DNA of 64,000 bases from Mobula hypostoma. Its lineage: Eukaryota. Under the pieces are notes generated by a model. The model saw nothing but the letters and a program-made list of their open reading frames with translations. It had not been told where the DNA came from and did no database searches. Both the position numbers and the translations under genes were made by a program. The first letter of the stretch is position 1. The number at the start of each line of letters is the position of its first letter. Positions 1-13,829 of this stretch are shown here, one piece after another. The stretch spans positions 50,718,001 through 50,782,000 of the forward strand of contig NC_086108.1 of the NCBI RefSeq assembly GCF_963921235.1, given 5' to 3'.

Positions 1-86
1 GCACAATATTCGCTACTCTCCAGTCTTCTGGCACCTCATCTGTGGCCAAAAACGATGCAATATCTCTGCCAGGGCTTCCACAGTTC

Positions 87-1353
87 TACGGAAAAGGATC
101 TTGGTGATTATTGGGATGACTTACAGTGGATTGAAAAACTTGATCTTATAGACATTAAGAAAGAGGATGTGCTGGAGCTTTTTGGAAAGCATGAAATTGG
201 ATAAGTCTCCGGGACTGGATGAGATGTACCCCAGGCAACTGTGGGAGGTGAGGGAGGAGATTGCTGAGCCTCTGGCGATGATCTTTGCATCATCAATGGA
301 GACGGGAAACATCCTGGAGGATTGGAGGGTTGCAAAAGTTGTTCCCTTATTCAAGAAAGGGAGTAGGGTTAGCCCAGGAAATTGTAGACCACTGGGTCTT
401 ACTTAAGTGGTTGGTAAGTTGATGGAAAAGCTCTTGAGAGGAAGGATTTATGAACATTTGGAGAGGCATAATATGATTAGGAATAGTCAGCATGGCTTTG
501 GCAAAGGCAGGTCGAGCCTGATTGAATTTTTTTGAGGATGTTACTAAACATGTTGATGAAGGTAGCGCAGTAGATGTAGTATATATGGATTTCAGCAAGG
601 CATTTGATAAGGTACCCCATGCAATGCTTATTGAGAAAGTAAGGAGGCATGGGATCCAAGGGGACATTGCTTTGTGGATCCAGAACTGGCTTGCCCAGAG
701 AAGTCAAAGAGTGGTTGTAGACGGGTCATATTCTGCATGGAGGTCGGTGACCAGTGGTGTGCCTCAGGGATCTGTTTTGGGACCCCCTTCACTTCATGAT
801 TTTTATAAATGATCTGGATGAGGAAGTGGAGGGATGGTTTAGTAAATTTGCTGATGACAGAAAGGTTGGGGATGTTGTGGACAGTGTGGAGGGCTGTCAG
901 AGGTTACAGCGGGACTTCAATAGGATGCAAAACTGGGCTGAGAAGTGGCAGATTGAGTTCAACCCAGAAAAGTGTGAGGTGGTTCATTTTGGTAGGTCAA
1001 GTATGATGGCAGAATATAGTATTAATGGTAAGACTCTTGGCAGTGTGGAGGATCAGAGGGATCTTGGGGTCCGAGTCCATAGGACACTCAAAGCTGCTAC
1101 GCAGGTTGACTTTGTGGTTAAGAAGGCATACGATGCATTGGCTACCATCAACCATGGGATTGAGTTTAAGAGCCAAGAGGTAATGTTACAGCTATATGGG
1201 ACCCTGGTCAGACCCCACTTGGAGAACTGTGCTCAGTTCTGGTCGCCTCACTACAGGAAGGATGTGGAAACTATAGAAAGGGTGCAGAGGAGATTTACAA
1301 GGTTGTTGCCTGGATTGGGGAGCATGCCTTATGAGAATAGGTTGAACGAATAG
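87..1353 (+). mobile_element. CR1 LINE ORF2 fragment (RT), frameshifted
   Basis: ORFs 167-406, 522-812, 754-1353 give KSPGLDEMYPR, YMDFSKAFDKVPH, GVPQGSVLGP, KFADD, LVRPHLE. Confidence 0.95.
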
Positions 1354-1530
1354 GTTGCAGGGTGACAAAACGTGGCAGAAGCCCTTGGAATTTTCCTTAA
1401 TCTTCTCTGCCAGAAGTATCTCATACTCCCCTTTTGCCCTCCTGACTTCCTCCTCCTTTATCCCTTCTACTACTCCAGAGATTTATTTTAACCCAGCTGC
1501 CTGTGTCTAACCCATACCTTCTTTTTCTTG

Positions 1531-2375
1531 CAACACACACAAAATGCTGGAGGAACTCAGCAGGTCAGGCAGCAGCTGCAGAAAAAAGTTCAGTCAACAT
1601 TTCAGGCTGAAACCCTTCAAGAGGACTGGAAAGAAAGAGCTGAGGAGTAGAGTTAAAAGGTGGGGGGAGGGGAGAGAGATAAACAAGGTGATAGGTGCAA
1701 CCTGACGATGGGGGGACGGAGTAAAGAGCTGGGGAGCTGAAGGTGAAAGAGACAAGGTCATGGAAGAAAGAAATGGGGGGAGGAGCACCACAGTGAGTTG
1801 ATGGGCAGGGAAGGAGATAACGTGAGAGAGGGAAATGGTGCACCAGAAGTTCGAGAAATCGATGTTCATGTCATCAAGCTGGAGGCTACCCAGATGGAAT
1901 ATAAGGTGTTGTTTCATCACGGCTGTGGAGGAGGCCATGGATAGACATAAAGAACGAGAATGGGAGGTGGAATTAGAATGGGTGGCCACAGGGAGATCTC
2001 GCTTTTTCTGGCGGATGGAGCATAGGTGCCTGGCGAAGTGGTCTGCCAATCTACGTTAGGTCTCAGCGATATACAGGAGGCCACACTGGGAGCACCAGAC
2101 ACGGTATATGTTCCCTACAGACTCACAGGGGAAGTGTCGCCTCACCTGGAAAGACTGTTTGGGGCCCTGAATGGTAGTGAGAGAGGAGGTGTAGGGACAG
2201 GTGAAGCACTTGCTCTGCTTGCAAGGATAATTGCCAGGAGGGAGATCAGTGGGGAGGGACGAATCGACAAGGGAGTTGCGTAGGGAGCGATCCCAGCGGA
2301 AAGCAGAAAGTGGGGGTTGGGTGGGTGGAGAGGGAAAGATGTGCTTGGTGGTGGGATCCCACTGGAGATGGCAAG
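1531..2375 (-). mobile_element. Penelope-like element 3' part (GIY-YIG, degenerate hammerhead)
   Basis: ADHFARHLCSIRQKKRDLPVATH...HLIFHLGSLQLDDMNIDFSNF. Confidence 0.85.
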
Positions 2376-3992
2376 GCCCAAGGTCTTAATATCTTTTATC
2401 ATTCAGATTTCCCTACTCGAACCAGCTTTGTCCTTCACTCTAAGTGCAGAACTTGAGCTCTCACCATCTCACTTTTAAAAGACTCCCATATGCTTGTTGT
2501 CCTCTCTTTCTTTCATCTTTATTCTGTATCTGGACCTTACCAACCCTGTCCTTCCCTTAGCCATGTTTCTGCAATGGTTATAATGTCTCAGTCCCACATA
2601 GCTATCCAAATCCTAAATTCACCTGCCTTACCTGCCAGATCTCTCACACTGAAATAAAGACAATGTAATCCAATAGGTTTTCCTCACTTACTGCTATTGT
2701 CATGCCTCTTCAACTTGCTGTCACTGAGCTGCATCACTTTCTAGCCTCTCATATGCCTCCCTATAAATCACAGCCCAGCCAATCCAGTTCAAACCCAACC
2801 TGCCTGCCAAGATATTGGTCCCCTTTCAGTACAGATGCAAACTATCCCTCATGTACAGTTCACCCCAATCCCAGAAAAGATACCAATGATCTGAAAATCT
2901 GAATCTCTGTTCTCTTACATCAAATTTTCAGCCATGTATTCACCCTCCTATTTTTCCCCTCCTTCACACATGGCACTGGAAGTAATCCTGAGATTACTGC
3001 CCTCGAGGTCCTGCTTTTTAATTTCTTCCATAGCTCCCTATATTAATGCTGCAGGAACTCATCCCTTTCTGTACATATGTCATTTTTAACAACATGCACA
3101 ATGACTTCTGGCTGCTCACCACCCTCCCTGAGAATGTCCTGTAGCCACTCCATGACATCTTGTTCCCAGGCACCAGGAAGGACACACACCATTCCACAGT
3201 GCCTATTGTGGCCACAGTTCAAAGTTCGAACTAAATTTATTATCAAAGTACATATACTACCCTGAGATTTATTTTCTTGCAGACATTCACAGTAGAACAA
3301 AGAAATACAATGGAATCAATTAAAAACTATATACAGTGCCTATCAAAAGTATTCACTCCCCCCACCCTTCTTTGAAGTTTTCATGTTTTATTGTTTTACA
3401 ACATTGAGTTACAGTGGAGTTCATTTGGCTTTTTTTGACACTGATCAACAGAAAAAGACTCTTTTCAAAGTGAAAACATATTTCTACAAAGTGATCTAAG
3501 TTAATTACAAATGTAAAACACAAAATAATTGATTGTATAAATATTCACCCCCCTCCCCTAATATGACACACCGAATCATCACTGGCAGAGCCAATTGGTT
3601 TTAGAAATCACATAATTAGTTAAATAGAGATCACCTGTGTGCAGTCAAGGTGCTTCAATTGAGTATAGTAAAAATACACCTGTATCTGGAAGGCCCAGTA
3701 TCCTGGCAAAAACTACACCATGAAGACAAAAGATCACTCCAAGCAACTCCGCAAAGAAGGTTATTGAAAAGCATAAATCAGGAGATGAATACAGGAAAAT
3801 TTCCAAGTCAACGAATATCCCTTGGAGTACAGATAAGTCAATCATCAAGAAATGGGAAGAAGGTTCCAGTGACGTCATCGTTCAGAATGGCAGCTTAAAC
3901 CAATAGCTCCGCTGGAAAAACGCATATTTTGCCCCGTTAATCCATCAAATATAAGTTCTTTCGAAAATATCTGAATTGATAAGGGGGCAAGA

Positions 3993-4987
3993 ATGGAGAT
4001 TAAAAAAAACACCACTGCGGAACCTATGGAAGAGAGAGGTGCAATGCGCGGCTGTCCTACACGTGCGCATGGTGGCGAAGCTGACGCTGGGCCTCATTCA
4101 GGCGAAGTGGCAAATATGATAAGGATTTTGGAAGAAATAAGGGAAGTCCAAAGAGATATAAAACAACAACTAAATGAAATCAAGTCAGAGCTCGCCAACG
4201 TCAATCAGAAAATAGCAGTGGCAGAGACTTGAATTGAGAAGGTGGAAGATCACGTGCAAAACGTAGATCAGATACTAAGTAAGATGATAAAAATATTAAA
4301 TCAACAGGAAAGTAAATTGCTTGACCAGGAGGGAAGATCATGATGGAAAAATATCAAGATTTATAATGTTCCCGAAGGAGCGGAGGGATTGTCGATGACG
4401 GAGTTTGTAGAATAGTTGTTGCAGGAAGTGCTGGAGATTCGCCCGACTATGGTGACTGAAATTGAGAAGGTGCATTGTGCGCTCGTCCCGAGGCCTCCCG
4501 GAGACAGAGAAAGTAAGCCACACTCAATAGTACTTAGATTCCTTCGATTCAAGAGCAAGGCGGAGATTCTATGAAGAGCCTGGGGTAAGAAAAGGTGTTT
4601 TGGAACGGGAAGTTAATATACTTTGATCAAGATTACCCCCTGGCAGTACTACAGAAATGGAAGGAATATTCCGAAGCAAAACGAATATTAAAGCAAGAAA
4701 AGATTAAATTCCAAACCTTGTACCCTGCTAAACTGAGGGTATTTTACAAAGAAGGGATACAACTATATCAGACGGTGAAAGAGGCGACTACAGACATGAA
4801 CAACAGAGGGCTGCCCATTAGCGTGGTCAAACCAAGGGAAAGTCTGGCTGAGCAGTTATCCCGATCTGCTTGAGGAATAGTAAGAGAACCGAGAAAGTAG
4901 GGGATGGGAGGAGGACGAGAGAAGGATATTAAGAAGAGATTGTCAATTCTCCGAGGACAGCCCTCACCTCCTCCAGAAGAGCCATAA
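3993..4987 (+). pseudogene. L1 ORF1p remnant
   Basis: Coiled coil, then KNIKIYNVPEGAEG, IYFDQDYP, KFQTLYPAKLRV; several in-frame stops. Confidence 0.85.
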
Positions 4988-5400
4988 GGTTTGGTTAACT
5001 TTAATAGTGCTGATAAACCAAACGGATGCAAAAATAGACAGTGATATATCTATCTCGAGAAATACGTATTATAATGTGGATTTTATATTACTCAATTTTA
5101 AAAAATTCATTCATTCACTCCTTTTTCCCCACCTAAATGAGAATATATACATGGGAGGAATACACAGGGAAATCATTTCTGTGTAATGGACATAGATTTT
5201 TTAACTTACTCTTATAGGTACTGCAGTGGGGGCCCTCAACTCACAGGTAAGAGGGGCTATCCCCCATAGCTAGACGTTTCTTCCAGCTCAATCCAGGGTC
5301 ATCTAGAGACCCCAGCCTTGGAATCACACCTTCATTACCTTTTTTTTTATTATTCGCGTTTCTTGGCTCTTATTTGTTCAGGTAGTAGATCGATTAAGTT

Positions 5401-5893
5401 ATACCTCACTATAGGAAGGATGTGGAAGCATTGGAAAAGGTACAGAGGAGATTTACCAGGATGCTGCCTGGTTTAGAAAGTATGTATTAAGATCAGAGAT
5501 TAAGGGAGCTAGGGCTTTACTCTTTGGAGAGAAGGAGGATGAGAGGAGACATGATAGAGGTGTACAAGATAATAAGAGGAATAGATAGTGGATAGTCAGC
5601 GCCTCTTCCACAGGGCACCACTGCTCAATACAAGAGGACATGGCTTTAAGGTAAGGGGTGGGAAGTTCAAGGGGGATATTAGAGGAAGGTTTTTTACTCA
5701 GAGAGTGGTTGGTGCGTGGAATGCACTGCCTGAGTCAGTGGTGGAGGCAGATACACCAGTGAAGTTTAAGAGACTACTAGACAGGTATATGGAGGAATCT
5801 AAGGTGGGGGCTTATATGGGAGGCAGGGTTTGAGGGTCGGCACAACATTGTGGGCCGAAGGGCCTGTACTGTGCTGTACTGTTCTATGTTCTA
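5401..5893 (+). mobile_element. CR1 3' fragment in the L1 inter-ORF spacer
   Basis: TRGHGFKV..FFTQRVVGAWNALP; GTTCTAT repeat tail. Confidence 0.9.
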
Positions 5894-5934
5894 TATTCTG
5901 CAAATTTCAATGATATACTAACAGATAAATACAC

Positions 5935-8900
5935 ATGGCTAAGGACAAAGTAAAATTCATTTCCTTTAATGTCAGTGGGCTGTTGAATTCAGTCAAGCTC
6001 AGTAAAATTCTATCAAAAATGAAAAAAGAACAAGCCCATGTAGTATATTTACAGGAAACTCACTTAAGTGATAATGAGCATGGAAAATTAAAGAGAATGG
6101 GCTTCACTAATTTGTTTTTCTCCTCATATAAATCAGGACATAGAAGAGGAATTGCTATTCTCATTTCAAGTAAGCTAAATTTTGAAAAAGTATTCAAAAT
6201 GGGAGATAAGGAGGGCAGATATATTCTGGTATGGGGAATATAGATGGAAATCCATTTACTTCATTGAATATATACGCACCCCCAGGAAGTGATATTAGTT
6301 TCTTCCAGAAAATTACTATTAAATTATGGTAATGGAAACAGAAGGTCTCTTGACATGTGGGGGAGACTTAAATTTACAATTACAACCAAAGTTAGACTCT
6401 TCCAATAGAAAAACTTATGAAACAAAGTCCTTACATAAGAAAGTTAAGACTCTTTTTGAGGATGTTGGTCTAACTGATATATGGAGGGACCTTTTCCCCA
6501 ACAGAAGGGATTACACTCATTATTCTGCTCCCCATTCCGTATATACAAGAATAGACTATTTCATAACATTTGGAAAAGATAAAGACAAAATAATCCCCTG
6601 TGGAATTGGGACAATAGATGTAAATGACCATGCACTTATATATTTATCTGTTGATTTTGACCTATAACCAAAAAATACTATTTGGAAACTTAATTCAAGT
6701 CTACTCAATGATCCTTATTTTAAGGAACAAATTTAAAAAGAAATTGGTCTTTACTTAGAATTCAATGATAATGGAGAGATTTCTCCTCCCATTCTATGGG
6801 ATACTCTGAAGGCTGTCTTAAAGAGTGAAAATTATAGCGATATCTTCATGTAAGAAAAAAAAGGAATAAAACATTAGAGGAATTACAAAATAAGCTGAAG
6901 GAACTAGAAAAAACACAAATTGAGTTTGGCACAGGATACGCTAGACGAAATTTAAAAAATTAAGAATGAAATTAATAGTTTGACTACACAAGAAATTTGA
7001 AAAAAATTAATGTTTCTGAGAGACACTATGAAAGTGGATCTCAATCTATGAAAATACTGGTGTGGAAACTGAAAAATAAGATATCAGAAAATACAATTCA
7101 TAAAATTAGGGATCCAAGAACAAAAGTGGTTAAAAAAAATAAGCTAAATGAAATTCAAGAAGCCTTCGAAATGTTTTACAAAACTCTATATTCCAAAGTT
7201 CCAGGGGGAAGCATAACCCAAATTGATACCTTCCTGAATTCTTTGGAGTTATCCACTTTAAGCAAAGAACAAAATAGAACGATGACTGCTGACATAACTG
7301 AAGCTGAACTGGAAACTGCAATTAGTAGGCATAAATTAAGCAAGTCACCAGGATCAGATGGATATACGGCAGAGTGGTATAAGGAGCTTAGAAATGAGTT
7401 AATTCCTGTTTTACTCCCCACACTGAACTGGGCTCTAAGAAAGGCGCAAATGGCATCCAGCTGGAAGAAGGCAATAATCTCAGCTATACCAAAAGAAGGC
7501 AAGGATAAAATGGAATGTGGGTCTTTTAGACCAGTATCTGTTCTTAATGTGGATTATAGAATATTTACCTCCATCATGGCCAAACGATTAGTAGAGTTTC
7601 TACTCACACTGATACATAATGATTAGATAGGTTTTATACAACAATGCCAAACACAGGACAATATATGAAGGACACTTCACATTATGGATCATATACAAAA
7701 AAATGAAATTGAAACAATAGTGATAAGTGTGGACGCTGAAAAGGCATTTGATTCGGTTAATTGGAATTTTCTTTACAGAGTTTTACATAGCTATGGTCTA
7801 CATCACACAATTATTAAAACTATACAGGCGCTATATGACAATCCTACTGCTAGGATTAAAATCAATGAATACTTATCTAATAGTTTTACCCTAGAAAGGG
7901 GCACAAGACAGGGTTGTGCATGGTCACTGCTACTCTTCGCATTATATCTGGAACCATTAGCTCAATAAATCAGACAAAATGTAGATATCAGAGGAATTAC
8001 TATTAAAGGGACAGAGCATAAATTGTCATCTGTTACGCAGATGACATTTTGATCTATCTAGGGCAACTAACATACTCATTACCTAAATTGATGCAGTCCT
8101 TTGAACAATATGGCCAATTATCAGGATACAATATCATCATAGATAAAACCCAACTGCTTTCAATAATCTCTTACTAGTTCTTCCTTCAGTTAGTCCTGAC
8201 GAAGGGTCTCGGCCCGAAAGGTCAACTGTACCTCTTCCTAGAGATGCTGCCTGGCCTGCTGCATTCACCAGCAACTTTGATGTGTGTTGCTTGAATTTCC
8301 AGCATCTGCAGAATTCCTCGTGTTTGCGTACTTTCATATAATTATAGCCCACCAAGAGAAATTGAAAGTAGATATCCTTGGGCATGGCAAACAGAGTCTG
8401 TCAAATATTTGGACATCATAATGCCAAAAGATTTGGCAAAATTATCAGAAAGCAATTATCAGCCTATATATAAAAAAAATTAAGGAAGACATAACAAGAT
8501 GGACCCTAATTCCTTTTCTTGGTCTTAGTTCAAGGATTGAATCTATTAAAATGAATATAGTATCCAGACTACTATATCTCCTTCAGACCCTACCAATAGA
8601 GATTAATCAATTCAATGAATGGAACAAGATGCTATCAAGATATATATGGCAAGGTAAAAGGCCTAGGGTTTGTCTCAAAACTTTGCAATTAGCCAAGGAA
8701 AAGGGGGGATGGGGCCTATCTTCTCTTAGAGATTATTATTTTGCAGCACAGTTGAGAGCTGTGATATGCTGGTGCAACCTATCATATGACACTCAATGGC
8801 AAAACATTGAGGAGAGGATACTTTCCATCCTCGTACAGGCAATTTTGGCTGATAACAACCTACAGAGATACATAAATAATATTGACAACCCATGGGTGAA

Positions 8901-9902
8901 ATGGACTCTTAAAATATGGAAAACTATTATAAAAGAATATAAGCCAGAGAGAGACGTTGCAATTCTTAAATGGTGTGCATATGACTCGGATTTTACGCCG
9001 AGTAAACTGGATGCTAGATTTAAGGACTGGACAGCTAAAGGAATGACAGTTCTTTGCAATATAATGAAAGAAGGAACACTGTTCAGTTTTGAAATGCTCA
9101 AAGAGAAACACTTATTAGAAAAACAAGACTTTTACAGGTATTTACAGATGTGACAGTATGTTAATAGGACAGTTAAAAATGTATCCAAGGCAAGTACATG
9201 TCTGATAGAACTATTTAGAAAAGCATATAATTCAGACAATGGTAGTAGAACCATTTCAAGCATGTATAAGGGTTTGTCAAATCTTAAAACACATTCGACT
9301 TCATACATTAAAACAAAATGGGAGAAGGAAGGAGGTCTAATAATACCTGAGGAAGAATGGACAATAATATGGAGGTATCAATGGAAGTGTACCAGTTCAC
9401 AGAAATGGAGGAAGTTCGGGTGGAAAAACATGATAAGGTATTTTATTACACCCTCTGAGAAATCCCATTATGATAGTAACCCCACCCCCCGTTTGCTGGA
9501 GAAATTGTGGAAATCAAAATGCAAATCATTATCATATTTTCTGGAAATGCCTCGTTATCAAAGACTATTGGAGTGAGATACATAATACCCTACAAGACAT
9601 GTGAAATACCCTTAGAGAGTAAGACCATATATTTTGGGTATATACCTCAAGAATGGTTGAAAAGAGATAAATATTTAATGAATGTACTGCTGGTGGCTGG
9701 TAAAAAGACCCTTACCAGGAAATGGTTATCTCAGGAGAGCCCAACTTTAAATGTATGGATGGAAATTACAATGGACATTTACAAAATGGAGAAGATAACA
9801 GCATCTGTTAATCATAAGTTGGAAGAATTTGATTCGTACTGGAAAAAATGGTTTAACTACATAACACCTCATAGGCCTGATTTTATTCTCGCAAATCAAT
9901 GA
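5935..9902 (+). pseudogene. L1 ORF2p remnant (APE endonuclease and RT)
   Basis: SFNVSGL, YLQETHL, GGDLN, TRIDYF, KSPGSDGY, DAEKAFDSVNW, RGTRQGC, YADD; frameshifts and stops. Confidence 0.95.
8163..8330 (+). mobile_element. Penelope 3' terminal fragment inside L1 RT
   Basis: AGTCCTGACGAAGGGTCTCGGCCCGAAAGGTC; CTTTCA at both flanks. Confidence 0.85.
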
Positions 9903-10380
9903 ATATGTTGTAAAAAAAGATCACTCCCTATTCTGTACATAGTTTTCTTCTTTCGATTGTTCTTTCTTTCCTCTCCTTTCTATAAGTGTATACTTCAGAT
10001 AAATATTATGTGGAGATTTGTGACAAATATGATTATATGATATATATGTACAGTGTCTAAAATACATCTTATGGAAATGATTGTTTGACGATGAAATTCA
10101 ATAAAAAATAAATTACAAAAAAAAAAGAAATGGGAAGAATATGGTACAGCTGTAAATCTGCCTAGAGCAGGCCATCCTCAAAAACTGAGTGACCGTGCAA
10201 GAAGGGGACGAGTGATGGAGGCCACCAAGAGACCTATAACAAGTCTGGAGGAGTTACAAGCTTCAGTGGCTGAGATGGGAGAGACTGCGCATACAACAAC
10301 TGTTGCCTGGGTGCTTCACCAGTTGCAGCTCTATGGGGGAGTGGCAAAGAGAAAGCCACTGTTGAAAAAACTCACATGAT

Positions 10381-11135
10381 TAGGATTAGGAAAAGGGGAG
10401 GTGCAACGAGACCTGGGTGTCATTATACACCAGTCATTGAAAGTGGGCATGCAGGTACAGCAGGCGGTGAAAAAGGCGAACGGTATGCTGGCATTTATAG
10501 CGAGAGGATTCGAGTACAGGAGCAGGGAGGTACTACTGCAGTTGTACAAGGCCTTGGTGAGACCACACCTGGAGTATTGTGTGCAGTTTTGGTCCCCTAA
10601 TCTGAGGAAAGACATCTTTGCCATAGAGGGAGTACAAAGAAGGTTCACCAGATTGATTCCTGGGATGGCAGGTCTTTCATATGAAGAAAGACTGGATGAA
10701 CTGGGCTTGTACTCGTTGGAATTTAGAAGATTGAGGGGGGATCTGATTGAAACGTATAAGATCCTAAAGGGATTGGACAGGCTAGATGCGGGAAGATTGT
10801 TCCCGATGTTGGGGAGGTCCAGAACGAGGGATCACAGTTTGAGGATAGAGGGGAAGCCTTTTAGGACTGAGATTAGGAAAAACTTCTTCACACAGAGAGT
10901 GGTGAATCTGTGGAAATCTCTGCCACAGCAAACTGTTGAGGCCGGTTCATTGGCTGTGTTTAAGAGAAAGTTAGATATGGCCCTTGTGGCTACAGGGGTC
11001 AGGGGGTATGGAGGGAAGGCTGGGTTCTGAGTTGGATGATCAGCCATGATCATAATAAATGGCGGTGCAGGCTCGAAGGGCCGAATGGCCTACTCCTGCA
11101 CCTATTTTCTATGTTTCTATGTTTCTATGTTTCTA
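10381..11135 (+). mobile_element. Young 5'-truncated CR1 in Tc1
   Basis: ORF 10401-11030 nearly identical to the C-terminus of 48225-50834; (TTTCTATG)n tail. Confidence 0.95.
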
Positions 11136-12376
11136 TGAAATCCCAGCTAGAATTTGCCAGAAGGTATGTGGGAGACTGTGAAGTCAGCTGGAAGAAGGTT
11201 CTATGGTCTGATGAAACCAAACTGGGCTTTTTAGCCATCAGACTAAATGCTATGTTTGTCGTAAGCTAAACATCACACATTATCAAAAACACAGCATCCT
11301 TACCGTGAAGCATGGTGGTGGCTGCATCATGCTGTGGGGATGCTTCACTGCAGCAGGCCCTGGAAGGCTTTTGAAGGTAGAGGGTAAAATGAATGCAGCA
11401 AAATACAGGGAAATCATGGAGGAAAACTTGTTACAGTCTGAAAGAGAACTGTGACTTGGGAGAAGGTTTGTTTTCCAGCAAGACAATGAACCAAGCATAA
11501 AGTCAAAGCTACACAGGAATGGCTTAAAAACAACAAAGTTAATGTCGTGGAGTGGCCAGGTCAGTGTCCAGACCTCAGTCTAATTGAGCATTTGTGGCTG
11601 GACCTGCACCAAGACTGACAAACAATCAATGTGCAAAAGAAGACAAACTATGTAAATAAGAATAATAAACATGAGCGGCAGAGCCTAGAAAGTGAGTCCA
11701 TAGGTTGTGGAATCAGTTTGGCATTGAGGTGAGTGAAGTAATCCATGCTGGTTCAGGAGCTTAATGGTTGTAGTTTATAACAGTTCCTGAACCTCCTTCT
11801 CAGTGGTAGCATCGAGACCAGAGCATGCCCTAGAAGGTGAGCCATTGGTGGTGGATGCTTCTTTCTTGTGACAGCAGTCCTTGTAGATATGATCAGTAAT
11901 GGGGAGGGCTTTTCCTATGGTGGACTGGGCTCCATCCAATACATTTTGTAAGCTTTTAATAGTCCTGGGCATCAGTGCTTCCATACCAGACTGTGATGCA
12001 ACCAGTCAGGATACTCTCCACTGTGCATCTATAGAAGTTTGTCAAGGTTTTAGATGACGTACTGAATATACATATCATCTAAGAAAGTAGAGGTGCTGCC
12101 TTGCCTTCTTTCTAATGGCAGGTCCCAGGACAGATCCTCTGAAATGATAATGCCAAGGAATTTTAGGATACGAACCCTCTCCACCTCTGGTAGCCTCATG
12201 AGGACTGGCTCATAGATCCGTATACACAACGACCCCACCCCAACTATCAAATGCTGGAGGAGATCCTCCTGCATTTTGTGTGTGTTGCTCAGATTTCCAG
12301 CAACTGCATATTTTCTCTTGATTCTGTTTTAGCCCCCAACTATCAAGTCCTGTCCGTCCTCATCCTTCCCCACTCA

Positions 12377-13470
12377 GGCTACGTCCACACTATGCCAGAT
12401 AATTTTGAAAATGCCGTTTTCAAGTAAAAACGACAGGCGTTCACACTACGCGTTTTTCAAAATATCTCTGTCCACACCAAAACGGATATTTGGGCGAATC
12501 TACTCCTACTGGGCATACGCAGACACATCTACAGAAAGCAAGTGAAGAGGAAATGGTATAATATTTACGTTTCCGTGGCGGCGTTGTGCTATTTACATAG
12601 AATAAAACTAGAGTACCAACAACAACAGCGACAGAAAGTTTTCAACAATGTCTTCGAGGAATACAAAGAAAGCCTCCGCTGGAAAAATCAGACCGGACTT
12701 CTCCGTTTAGACAGACAATGAGGTCGAGCTGTTTCTGCGAGTTACAAACGACTACAAAGTCAGCAAAGCAGTGGAGATGTTTCATTCCAAATAAACTATT
12801 AACATAGACAGTAAAGTAAACAACACACACATGAAGCCGTCCTCTACCCAAGATCAACAAGTGAGTGGGATCTTTTGCAGCCAGACCTGCACAGTATTTC
12901 TGACATTAATATTTTTAAAGATTGACTCAATCAAATCAATTCAGGGGATCTAGTCAAAAAAGCTCACTTTACAATTTAACTCTCACGCCGTTCACACCGA
13001 CTGCGCGTTATAACAGCGGTGGTCAGTCAGCAACAGTGCCAGCCTGGAGACCCCGGGGTACAGGAGATTGAGGGTATGACCACCGCAGACTGGGAGACCA
13101 GAGGGTACGGGCAGAAGAACAGAGGATGCAAACAGAGAAACCAAGGGGACCAGCTTGAAAGCCACCTTCAGTTTAAATTCCGTGCGGAATATTTTGGAGG
13201 ATCAAGAACCAAGAACAGCCATCCAACAGTGCTTGCGCAGTCCCAAGCAGAAGCAGAAAAAGTATTGTTGTTGTGGTGTTGTCATGACAATGTCTTAAAA
13301 TCTCTCCGTTTACCCCGTACACACTACAATGCGAAACAATTGTTTTCAAATTTACACACTCTGGAGAGTGTTTTCGAAGGATGAGAATACCGGTTCAGTG
13401 TGGACGGAGGGTCAAAAGGAAGAGAAAAAGCTTCGTTTTCAAAATTATCTGGCATAGTGTGGATGTAGCC
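12377..13470 (+). mobile_element. Non-autonomous PIF/Harbinger transposon
   Basis: About 35-bp TIR GGCTACGTCCACACTATGCCAGATAATTTTGAAAA; 3-bp TSD TCA; Myb/SANT-like remnant FSV*TDNEVELFLRVTNDYKVSK at about 12650-12780. Confidence 0.9.
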
Positions 13471-13829
13471 TCAGCCTCAGAACCAGTCCTGGTGCCACAG
13501 ACCAGGCTGCTGCTGCCTTCTCCGGAATGGTCATCCCCCCCAACCCCCATCAGCATCCAAAACGGTATACTTGTTTTTCAGAGGATTCTTGCACTATCTG
13601 TCTACTCCCTTTTCCTCTCCTGGTTATCACCCAGCCACAGCGACCTCACTAAAACTCACATCCATGATACTCTCAGCATCTTGGAAGATCCTGAGTGTGT
13701 CCAGCTCCAACTCCTTCAGGTGGTCAGCCAGGAGCTGCAGCTGGACACCACTCCCACGGGTGTAGTCCTCAGTGATAATGAAAGTCACTCAGATTTCTCA
13801 CATCCTGCAGGAAAAGCAGAGCACTGTTG

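Larger units (their letters stand above)
3862..10124 (+). mobile_element. Full-length decayed L1-clade LINE
   Basis: 15-bp TSD AAGAAATGGGAAGAA (3847-3861, 10125-10139); AATAAA and poly(A) tail; ORF1 and ORF2 remnants. Confidence 0.95.
3334..11625 (+). mobile_element. Tc1-like transposon, interrupted by L1 and CR1, right end missing
   Basis: TA|CAGTGCCTATCAAAAG left end; transposase remnants [50 protein letters not shown]. Confidence 0.9.
3220..12220 (-). mobile_element. Rex1/Babar LINE 3' fragment split by Tc1 (3220-3331 and 11626-12220)
   Basis: EVERVRILKFLGIIISEDLSW (ORF 12050-12274); Rex1-type 3' UTR on both sides of the Tc1. Confidence 0.7.
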
